A stretch of DNA of 64,000 nucleotides from a virus. Lineage: Duplodnaviria; Caudoviricetes. Both the position numbers and the translations under genes were made by a program. Positions 57,701-64,000 of the stretch are shown here, one piece after another (position 1 is the first letter of the stretch; each line of letters begins with the position of its first letter). The stretch is taken from IMG/VR virus record IMGVR_UViG_3300031998_000008, positions 32,001 through 96,000 of that record. The stretch is one strand, 5' to 3'. The notes under the pieces were generated by a model, which was given only the letters and a program-made list of their open reading frames with translations, was not told where the DNA came from and did no database searches.

Positions 57701-58227
57701 TTTGCTTCAGGTCCGAAATTAGAAATAAAATTTTAATTACAAATCCTGATGACAGGCAGTATTTTACATATGACCAATGTGAATTGTGTAACGGTTTTCC
57801 GAATAAAGAATCAGACCAAGATACATACGAACAACTTATGACATTGGATGATAGGGAAATCCAGTTCTGGATGTCACATCCTGAATGGAAGGTTCCATAT
57901 CTTGAATATTGTGAAATGGATTGGGAAGAAATTCAACGTGATTATCTTGAAAGAATGGAAAAAGAAAAGCAACTTGGTATTGATAAGGTTAAGGCAAAGT
58001 TTGCTGAGATTGTGTTTAATATGACACTTGATGAAATTGAAGACTTTGAAGATGGTGATATGCCAAAGGCAATGCTTGAAATTGTTGATGTGGACCCGAT
58101 TACAGGCAAATTTATGTCAAAGGAATACAAAGATATTGTCATAGGTACAATACTTGATGTGCTTGATGCAAAAGAAGAAAAAATAAACGCACTCGAATTT
58201 GAAAACGAAGTTGAGGCTGAAGTATAA
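54736..58227 (+). CDS. Family B DNA polymerase with 3'-5' exonuclease
   Basis: ExoI FDLETTG, ExoII HNG..FDW, motif A DYNSLYPS, motif B K...NSFFG, motif C GDTDG. Confidence 0.95.
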   Translation: MSENLKKKEITPEVISTFLNGRDEQTGIVNLDYKYQNDYITVYYRNENDDKCVAQEPFMPFLWATEKACRKLCGGDRNKVKELLKRYRIWVKSLDVTNSEGKVVEEIKNGYTYLFYATTPMSYSEFLDFFKKAGNAVSSRKKKDDKGGTQQKDEKQYLTVTPKEQFLISTGKRYFKGYEDYNDILRLIFDLETTGLNTKKDRIEQFGIRFNRQVKYKGNYIDFRKIFTTEGKTKEEKDASELYNIVTFLKIIYTFRPDVITAHNGEAFDWNIIIGACERLGTSLEELSKKFFDGEPIRKDERESILKLGGEIEKYQKTIVPKTIVTDSLHAVRRAQALDSNMLFSNLKYVSKYSDLIKEDRVYIPGDKISEIWNDTVRMFAINDETGDWYVYDENHVCESEELLQKKGKDNPTFVLYTKNKLLDGYKLVDGKYIGQKYLLDDLWECDMVEHRYNTPNFLICKMIPVPFDKCCTMGTAGQWKSIMLAWSYEYNLAIPQFSERKTFTGGLSRLLKVGFVDNVAKFDYNSLYPSIILTWGISDAKDLLHSMLYFLEHVLTQREKYKGLKKKAGKAKDKYKEEYAACTDPHLKDEINRKIMEAAQEESANDKKQLPLKIFGNSFFGSYGAPNVFPWASIACAERTTCTGRMALRLMIYWFTKIGYQPIVGDTDGFNFQLPDDDKFRYTKENPYISPGLSRETKEGVEYVGFRADVAEFNDLFMKDFHYGPNCVNKMGLGIDEVVAATINFSRKNYADYFPDEEFPKDVKMVGNTIKSKKMPEYISKFLERGIRLLLRKKGQEFIESYYDYIEKIYNYQIPLKMIASKGKIKKSIEEYIEDCKTITKAGRPKSRQAWMELAIKENLTVNMGETIYYINIGKTKSQTDAKKVTHYYVVDGLFGDKSDHRVALEKEWKKDNIDGKLAPKERALSLNDYVKKHHPDVIIEDEVILNCKLVPREIVDSEEDIMCKEGEEYNVQKYIDQFNKRITPLLVCFRSEIRNKILITNPDDRQYFTYDQCELCNGFPNKESDQDTYEQLMTLDDREIQFWMSHPEWKVPYLEYCEMDWEEIQRDYLERMEKEKQLGIDKVKAKFAEIVFNMTLDEIEDFEDGDMPKAMLEIVDVDPITGKFMSKEYKDIVIGTILDVLDAKEEKINALEFENEVEAEV

Positions 58228-58238
58228 AAATGTGAAAT

Positions 58239-59024
58239 ATGAAAGATATTAAATTAAGACTTGTTTATTATTTTTGGATACCAAAAAATGGGTTTAATGA
58301 AATGCATGAATTACATTTTAAATGTTTGGAAAAATATTCAAATTTATTTGATGAATCAATATTTTTTATTGCTGTTGATGATATTGACAATAAAGATATG
58401 TTAAATATTGTAAAAGATACAGAAAAAAGATTATTTAATTGTGGATTTATTAAAAATGTTACATTTAATGTAATATATAATAATGAAATGTATAGAGAAG
58501 GAAAAATTTTCAAAGAAGAAATAGTTGATAAATTTAGAGAGCGTGATGGACTTACATTTTTTGCACATACAAAAGGTGTGTCAACTTATAATATTAACAT
58601 TGAATCAAATAAGTTATGGGTTGCTGCGATGTATTATTTTAATTTGAATTTTATAAATGATGTAATTTTTTATTTAAATGGTACTACAATTAATTCATAC
58701 GGCTTTTTCAGGTGTTTTGATACAGAATTTAAACACATAAAAAATAGGTGGATGTATTGTGGAACATTTATGTGGCTTAATTGTCCTAAAATATATAATT
58801 ACATTATTTCAAACAATATTATTATTCCTGAATTATACGATAAAGGATATGCTGAAGATTTTCTTGGAAATATTATTCCGTGGACATTTTCATCTTCTAA
58901 AGGAAAATGGGTTACAAAAAATCAAGATATGTATAACAACTGTAAAAGTATTTTAAATTTTTTTGTAAATTCAGAAGATGAATTAAATGAATTTTATAAA
59001 TTTTATAATAATGTTTTATTATGA
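58239..59024 (+). CDS. Putative glycosyltransferase-like protein (HTKG motif)
   Basis: YRE, FFAHTKGVS, YCGTFMW, AEDF, a pattern I associate with viral glycan-cluster proteins. Co-operonic with GT genes. Confidence 0.45.
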   Translation: MKDIKLRLVYYFWIPKNGFNEMHELHFKCLEKYSNLFDESIFFIAVDDIDNKDMLNIVKDTEKRLFNCGFIKNVTFNVIYNNEMYREGKIFKEEIVDKFRERDGLTFFAHTKGVSTYNINIESNKLWVAAMYYFNLNFINDVIFYLNGTTINSYGFFRCFDTEFKHIKNRWMYCGTFMWLNCPKIYNYIISNNIIIPELYDKGYAEDFLGNIIPWTFSSSKGKWVTKNQDMYNNCKSILNFFVNSEDELNEFYKFYNNVLL

Positions 59025-59926
59025 TTAATGATTTAATTTTAATTACTGCTTGCTTAAAAGTTGATAATTTGTTTAAGATAGCAAATTCAATAAAAGAAAA
59101 TTTAAATAAGACAAATCTTAATGTACTATGGGCAATAGTTATTGATGGATATAATGCTGATAATGAAAAAATACAGAAAATAGTTCCTGAATTAGAAGAA
59201 TTATTGGTTTCCTATTGTATAAATTATAAATTTTTCTTATCAGGAAAACCAAATCAGAAGAATTATGGCGGTGATATGTTTAATGGACCACTTACTGAAT
59301 TGAAAAATACAATGTTTTGGAATAAGAATGCATTTGTGTACATATTGGATGATGACAATATAATACATCCCTTTTTATTTGATAGATTGAATAAAATAGC
59401 AGAATATAATGGAGATTCTGATAAAATTTACGTATTAACATGTGTTGGTGAATATGGAGAGGTTTGTGATTCTTATAAAAACGTGTTCATGCGTGAAGTT
59501 CCTTTTAAGGATAAAATTTCTATTGTACCATATCAAATAGGATTGGACCCAAGTCAAGCAATACATACGCTTAATTTTATTATGAATTGGAAATATACAG
59601 CATCAAATGGTGAAAGAAAAGAAAATAAAATGTTTCCTCCGAATGCTATATATGATGTTGAACTATATTATTATTTATGTAAAGAAAATAGAGATGATTT
59701 CGTTTGTTATAATGAAATTGATAAAAATTTTAATTATTGTTATAGTGAACGTAATTCATTTCATAATGGACTTAGAACTGATGATGAAATTGATGAATAT
59801 ATTGAATCATTAGAAAATACGGATTTATCAAGTTCTTATATTGTTGTCCAAACAAAAGATAAAAAGCCGAAAATGTTTCCAATTAATAGTAATATAGCAA
59901 AAGAAGCATTAAAAAAATTAAAATAA
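59021..59926 (+). CDS. Putative GT-A glycosyltransferase
   Basis: LILITAC, WAIVID, and VYILDDDNIIHP as the DxD motif. Confidence 0.65.
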   Translation: MINDLILITACLKVDNLFKIANSIKENLNKTNLNVLWAIVIDGYNADNEKIQKIVPELEELLVSYCINYKFFLSGKPNQKNYGGDMFNGPLTELKNTMFWNKNAFVYILDDDNIIHPFLFDRLNKIAEYNGDSDKIYVLTCVGEYGEVCDSYKNVFMREVPFKDKISIVPYQIGLDPSQAIHTLNFIMNWKYTASNGERKENKMFPPNAIYDVELYYYLCKENRDDFVCYNEIDKNFNYCYSERNSFHNGLRTDDEIDEYIESLENTDLSSSYIVVQTKDKKPKMFPINSNIAKEALKKLK

Positions 59927-59940
59927 TAAAAATTTTTGCT

Positions 59941-60819
59941 ATGAAATTATATGGCGCAATTGTTGTTTATAATGAAGAACCTATAGTAAAATATGTTATG
60001 CCATATCTTATTCGATACGGTTTTGATAAATTATTTATATATAATGACGGTTCAACCGATAATACAATTGATTTGATAAAATCTTATAATTGTGATTTTA
60101 TTGAATTTAAAGATTTTTCTATATATAAAGATAAAGTCATTAAAGAATGTTTTGATTATGCAAAAGCATGTGTATTTGCTGATTTATTTTTAATGGGAAA
60201 AAATATTTCAAAGTCTTGTGGTGAAGATATATGGGTTTATCATTCTGACTTTGATGAGATACTTTTTAATGCAAGTGGGGATAGTATTAAGGAACATATT
60301 GCTCAATTAGATAATTTTGGATTTAATTATTTTGCTGGTAGAATGATAAATTTAGTAAAAGGAGATGATTCATTTGAAGAACTTCCGCATACATTTACTA
60401 ACACAAAATGTTTCTACTGGAATTATTACGGTCAAAAAAGTTTTTTATTGAAATGTAATGATTTTACTGAATATAATTATCTTTTCGGAAACGGAAATCA
60501 TGTTATTCAATTGCAACTTGAAGACGGAAAAGTATTGTCAAATCTTTATGAATTTGGAGAATTTTATTGTTTTCATTTAAAATATTTTACATATGATTAT
60601 TTTTTATATAAAAATATTAAAAATTATAAAAAAAATATAAATTATATTTTATATTCTGAAAATGAAAAAATAATAAAAGAAAAATATAAATGTGAAACAA
60701 GCCAAAAATTTCCAATTGAAATGTTTTATGCATTAAATGGATTTTTTATTAAAAACGATTTACCAATTTTAAAAGGCAAATTTCATATAGTTGGTAATAT
60801 TAATATTTATGAAAAATAA
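59941..60819 (+). CDS. GT2-like glycosyltransferase
   Basis: VYNEE, NDGSTDNT, W.YHSDFDE, FHLKY. Confidence 0.75.
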   Translation: MKLYGAIVVYNEEPIVKYVMPYLIRYGFDKLFIYNDGSTDNTIDLIKSYNCDFIEFKDFSIYKDKVIKECFDYAKACVFADLFLMGKNISKSCGEDIWVYHSDFDEILFNASGDSIKEHIAQLDNFGFNYFAGRMINLVKGDDSFEELPHTFTNTKCFYWNYYGQKSFLLKCNDFTEYNYLFGNGNHVIQLQLEDGKVLSNLYEFGEFYCFHLKYFTYDYFLYKNIKNYKKNINYILYSENEKIIKEKYKCETSQKFPIEMFYALNGFFIKNDLPILKGKFHIVGNINIYEK

Positions 60820-60849
60820 AAAAAAGTCGGTCAAATGGCCGACTTTTTA
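60820..60849. terminator. Bidirectional terminator
   Basis: AAAAAGTCGG-TCAAATGG-CCGACTTTTT between convergent genes. Confidence 0.8.
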
Positions 60850-60868
60850 TTTAATATTAAGTACCACT

Positions 60869-61441
60869 TTATTTATTTGCATTTCCAAGTTTTTCAAGTT
60901 TAGCCGCATAAACGTTTCCTTTATTGTCAACAATCTTTATTGCGCCGGCTTTTAGTCCGATTGTGCTTATTGAATTGTTTTCGTTTAACGGCTGTTTTGA
61001 AAAATATTCATTAAGGCATTCGTTTACGATTGCTTTTATAATTGAATAGTCAATATTTCCTCCTTGAGGCTGTTGATATTGCTGTTGTTCTCTAATTTGC
61101 TGTTTTCTTTGTGGCTTTTGTTGAGGAATGTCAATATCAGCCAATGGATTTACATCAATAACTTCATTCAACATTGATTGCTTTATGTTTTCAGGCAATC
61201 TACTGTTTGCTGCTGTTGCTTGATTGTAGCGCATATCTTTTGCTTGCGGTGCTCTTCTTTGTTGTTGAGGAACCTCTTCTTCATTTAGATACATGCTATC
61301 AAAATCATTATAATCATCATATGATGATGGGTCTGGGTCATTATTGCTTTTATATGATTCTATGAGCCTATCGCCTTCAGGATTACATAAATCCCTTGCC
61401 TTACCCAATATTTGTGCTAATTGTTGTTTTGAAACTGCCAT
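60869..61441 (-). CDS. Hypothetical late protein (Q-rich, many I/L-x-E motifs)
   Basis: 190 aa with SRLPENIKQSM and IDYSIIKAIVNEC; last gene of a late operon. Confidence 0.75.
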   Translation of the reverse strand: MAVSKQQLAQILGKARDLCNPEGDRLIESYKSNNDPDPSSYDDYNDFDSMYLNEEEVPQQQRRAPQAKDMRYNQATAANSRLPENIKQSMLNEVIDVNPLADIDIPQQKPQRKQQIREQQQYQQPQGGNIDYSIIKAIVNECLNEYFSKQPLNENNSISTIGLKAGAIKIVDNKGNVYAAKLEKLGNANK

Positions 61442-61443
61442 TT

Positions 61444-62295
61444 TTATTGTAAATTATCTTCATCATCTTCGTCTTCATCATTATAGAGATTATTCATTCT
61501 GTTCATCATATCCCTATATGAATTTGACAATTTATTATCAGGATTTATTTGAGGCTCAATATCTGACTTTGATACTGGTTCTGTTTCATCACCCGCATCT
61601 AATGGTGATTGTGATGCTTGCGTTTTTGTTTCTCCTGTATCTCCTGTGTCAATTTCTGATTTTGATACGGGTTCTGCATCAGGAGCCTCTACTTTATTTA
61701 TAAAAGTATTGTTTTTTGCTAAATTGTCAACAGGTTTTGAGACTGTTGTTTGTGGCTTTGGTTGAAAAGATGTGGTTGTTTTTGGCTCTTCTTCTCCCTT
61801 TGTTATGTCAGTTTTTGATATTGGGTTTGCATCTATTGGCTGATTTTGGTTTGCTAAATTTGCTCCGTTAAAATCTCTTGCTAATGGCGTTATTGAATAA
61901 ATGTCAGAGAAACCTTTATCACCTGCCGTATTAAAGCCCGTGCTTAAAAGTTGCTGTTCGTAATCATAATATTTTATTTTACCTAATTCAATTTGCCCAA
62001 TGTTGTCAAATAGAAATAGTTTGTATTTCGGCACACCTCTTTTTGTTGAACCGAATGTCTGAAAAGCCCTTATAGCTCTTTTCCCGTTTTTAGTTAAACC
62101 ATATACGAGTGGTAAAAGGTATCTTGTGTTCTTACCTTTACCTCCTTTTTTATCATCATAAGTGATTCTTATTCTACGGCAATTTTCAATTGCAAATTGC
62201 AATTTTTCTTCTTTATCCAATTGCCATGTTTCTTTACCAAATCTCTTACTTGATAATGATTTAGCCTCGTTAATATGTTTTAAGTTGAAATACAT
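61444..62295 (-). CDS. WYL-domain protein with disordered acidic tail
   Basis: LQFAIEN.RRIRITY......R...P..YG......IRA.Q.......YKLF..D.I. Confidence 0.7.
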   Translation of the reverse strand: MYFNLKHINEAKSLSSKRFGKETWQLDKEEKLQFAIENCRRIRITYDDKKGGKGKNTRYLLPLVYGLTKNGKRAIRAFQTFGSTKRGVPKYKLFLFDNIGQIELGKIKYYDYEQQLLSTGFNTAGDKGFSDIYSITPLARDFNGANLANQNQPIDANPISKTDITKGEEEPKTTTSFQPKPQTTVSKPVDNLAKNNTFINKVEAPDAEPVSKSEIDTGDTGETKTQASQSPLDAGDETEPVSKSDIEPQINPDNKLSNSYRDMMNRMNNLYNDEDEDDEDNLQ

Positions 62296-62672
62296 TATGC
62301 AGAAATAACAATTTGTCCGTCAGCAACATTTTCTGAAGTATCTATGTTGATACCACAGTAACTGTTTTCTTCGTTATAGACTGATATGTTTTGTGCAAAT
62401 ACTCTACCACCAACACCATTTCTTCCGTTGATGTCGTATTCACCACCTGCGTTGTTGCTTGTGTCGAAATTTGAATAATCAATTGTTGATGGCCTATTGC
62501 AATCCGGAACTGAATGTGTGTGACCACCATGGCCAGTACCTTTACCCTGTGGGTCGCCTGTTGCTAATGCGTCAGGGTGCGTTGCATTATACTCATCATT
62601 TCTTGTATAGTCATTTCTTGTTAACAAGCCGCTTCTTGATTGAATACCTTTTTTCTCTAAACAAGTTTGCAT
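62295..62672 (-). CDS. Hypothetical late protein
   Basis: 125 aa, Gly/Asn-rich, containing YNATHPDALATGDPQGKGTG. Confidence 0.7.
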   Translation of the reverse strand: MQTCLEKKGIQSRSGLLTRNDYTRNDEYNATHPDALATGDPQGKGTGHGGHTHSVPDCNRPSTIDYSNFDTSNNAGGEYDINGRNGVGGRVFAQNISVYNEENSYCGINIDTSENVADGQIVISA

Positions 62673-62689
62673 AATATTTTAGTTTTTTG

Positions 62690-63346
62690 TTAATTATTCA
62701 CTATTGGTGTTATAAATCCGTTTTTAACTGAGTGTGCTTTACCATTTCCTGTTTCTTTTGGTGCTGAAGCAATCTTTTTAGGTTTTAATTTTGATGCCAT
62801 TTTTGCGGGCTCAAATTGTTTTTTGGCTGTTGCATAACTTTTCCCATCATTTCCTTGAATTTTCTTCAATGAATTCAATCCTTTTGCTTTTTCTTCAGGT
62901 GTTGAACCATTTATCGCTTTTTTTGCCGCATTACGTTCTCTATATTCTTTTTGCTTTATCGCACCGTAAGAATATTGTTTGTCACCATCTCCGAAAATTC
63001 TGTTATTAAGGTCTTTATTTCCATGTTCCTGTTCTTCGTTGAATATGTATCTATTTTCCCAATCTTTCTTTGACATTTCACGAATGTTTGCAGGTGCATT
63101 TCCACTTCTACCAAATGACCTTGAATCTCTTGGCCAATCTTTTGACTGCATTATTGCGAAGTCATCTGTTGTCATTTCATCAGAATAACTTTCACCTTTT
63201 CCTGCTGAGCCTTCAGCACTTACTTCAGTTGAATATACATCACCCATATCAGGCTTGATACCTTCTTTGTCAAGGTATGCCATGTTTATGCCTGATGCAA
63301 TTTCTTTCAATTGTCTTTCAGTTAATATGAGTGTTCTTTTTTTCAT
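62690..63346 (-). CDS. Hypothetical late protein with N-terminal ILTE.QL motif
   Basis: MKKRTLILTERQLKEI; CTATTTAT at 63366-63373. Confidence 0.75.
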   Translation of the reverse strand: MKKRTLILTERQLKEIASGINMAYLDKEGIKPDMGDVYSTEVSAEGSAGKGESYSDEMTTDDFAIMQSKDWPRDSRSFGRSGNAPANIREMSKKDWENRYIFNEEQEHGNKDLNNRIFGDGDKQYSYGAIKQKEYRERNAAKKAINGSTPEEKAKGLNSLKKIQGNDGKSYATAKKQFEPAKMASKLKPKKIASAPKETGNGKAHSVKNGFITPIVNN

Positions 63347-63365
63347 AAAATTATAATTCTAACAT

Positions 63366-63403
63366 ATAAATAGTTGTCAATTTAACTTTTTCAGCCTATT
63401 TAT
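63366..63403. promoter_or_regulatory. Back-to-back divergent CTATTTAT motifs
   Basis: ATAAATAG at 63366-63373 is 19 nt from the ATG at 63346; CTATTTAT at 63396-63403 is 17 nt from the ATG at 63421. Confidence 0.65.
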
Positions 63404-63420
63404 GTTAAAAGAAAAATATT

Positions 63421-64000
63421 ATGAATTTAGAAAATGTAAACGTATGTTTTTTAGTTGATAAAAGTGGAAGTATGACACCTTTTGAACAATCAAATTACAA
63501 CGGATTATATAATTTTATTGGGATTTTAAGAAATTCTAAAATAAAAATAAGTTATTTTAAATATCAATCAGAAAAAACAATACCTTGTGTTGTTTTTGGC
63601 AATATTTCAGAAGTTTTTCCACCAAAAATAGACAATTTTTATGAGGTTCCAAATATGTGTACAAAGATAAATGAACATATATGTGAAAGTATTAACATCT
63701 TATTTGATTATTATAAAAAACTATCAACATTAAACCAAATTCCTGAATTAACTGTATTTGTTATTATAAGTGATGGACAGCAAGATGTTGGTAATCCACT
63801 TATTCAAGCAAGCGAATGTTTAACTCGTTTTTCACAAACATATAATTCAATTGTTTTATATTTTGGACTAGAAGAAGAAAATAATATCCATGCTATTAAT
63901 GATTTTGGCGCTATATTAAGTTGTTATACATGGAAACACACAACAGACGTATGTTATCGTATATTGGGCCATTGTATTAATAGTTATTTACCAATAAGCC
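63421..64000 (+). CDS. von Willebrand factor A domain protein (runs off the right edge; absent from the ORF track)
   Basis: MNLENVNVCFLVDKSGSM (MIDAS DxSxS) and VFVIISDG; frame open to the window end. Confidence 0.8.
   Translation, partial: MNLENVNVCFLVDKSGSMTPFEQSNYNGLYNFIGILRNSKIKISYFKYQSEKTIPCVVFGNISEVFPPKIDNFYEVPNMCTKINEHICESINILFDYYKKLSTLNQIPELTVFVIISDGQQDVGNPLIQASECLTRFSQTYNSIVLYFGLEEENNIHAINDFGAILSCYTWKHTTDVCYRILGHCINSYLPIS

Noticed and set aside
9720-58227. Inteins or introns in nrdD, helicases, recA or polB
   Set aside because: The ORFs are continuous, of plausible length, and show no intein splice or LAGLIDADG motifs.
1-64000. Stop-codon reassignment (TAG to Gln, as in some gut Bacteroidota phages)
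   Set aside because: Genes are long and intact in the standard code, and TAG ends complete genes at 14386, 15671 and 21376.
1-64000. tRNA or rRNA genes
   Set aside because: Intergenic gaps are short and I saw no cloverleaf or T-loop signatures; a tRNAscan run was not possible.

Overview
The window is a 64-kb internal segment of a large, AT-rich dsDNA myovirus genome with T4-like tail and replication modules, read in the standard genetic code. From 1 to about 47.3 kb genes lie mostly on the minus strand. They encode the baseplate, tail and neck (gp6-like wedge, gp25, hub/lysin, LysM, tube initiator, tape measure, chaperone, tube, sheath, terminator, neck). These are interleaved with replication and nucleotide genes (NrdDG, DnaB, 5'-3' exonuclease, PhoH, RecA/UvsX, thymidine kinase, gp32-like SSB). 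From 47.4 to 60.8 kb a plus-strand block holds an SNF2 helicase, a homing-type nuclease, small paralogous ORFs, NADAR, a family B DNA polymerase and three glycosyltransferase-like genes. Late genes, including a WYL protein and a vWA protein, close the window. Class III RNR and the lack of Shine-Dalgarno sites suggest an anaerobic Bacteroidota host (inference). The most notable observations are: (1) four small paralogues resembling only the N-terminus of the major capsid protein, possibly decoys, plus a degenerate tail-tube paralogue; (2) a dispersed glycan toolkit, partly under late control; (3) a probable +1/-2 frameshift in the tail chaperone; (4) a candidate origin with iterons at the strand switch; (5) a CTATTTAT late-promoter motif, which also reveals an 8-codon micro-ORF and terminator before phoH; (6) a hairpin-rich IS200/IS605-type miniature element. 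All family assignments come from motif reading by eye; no searches were run.
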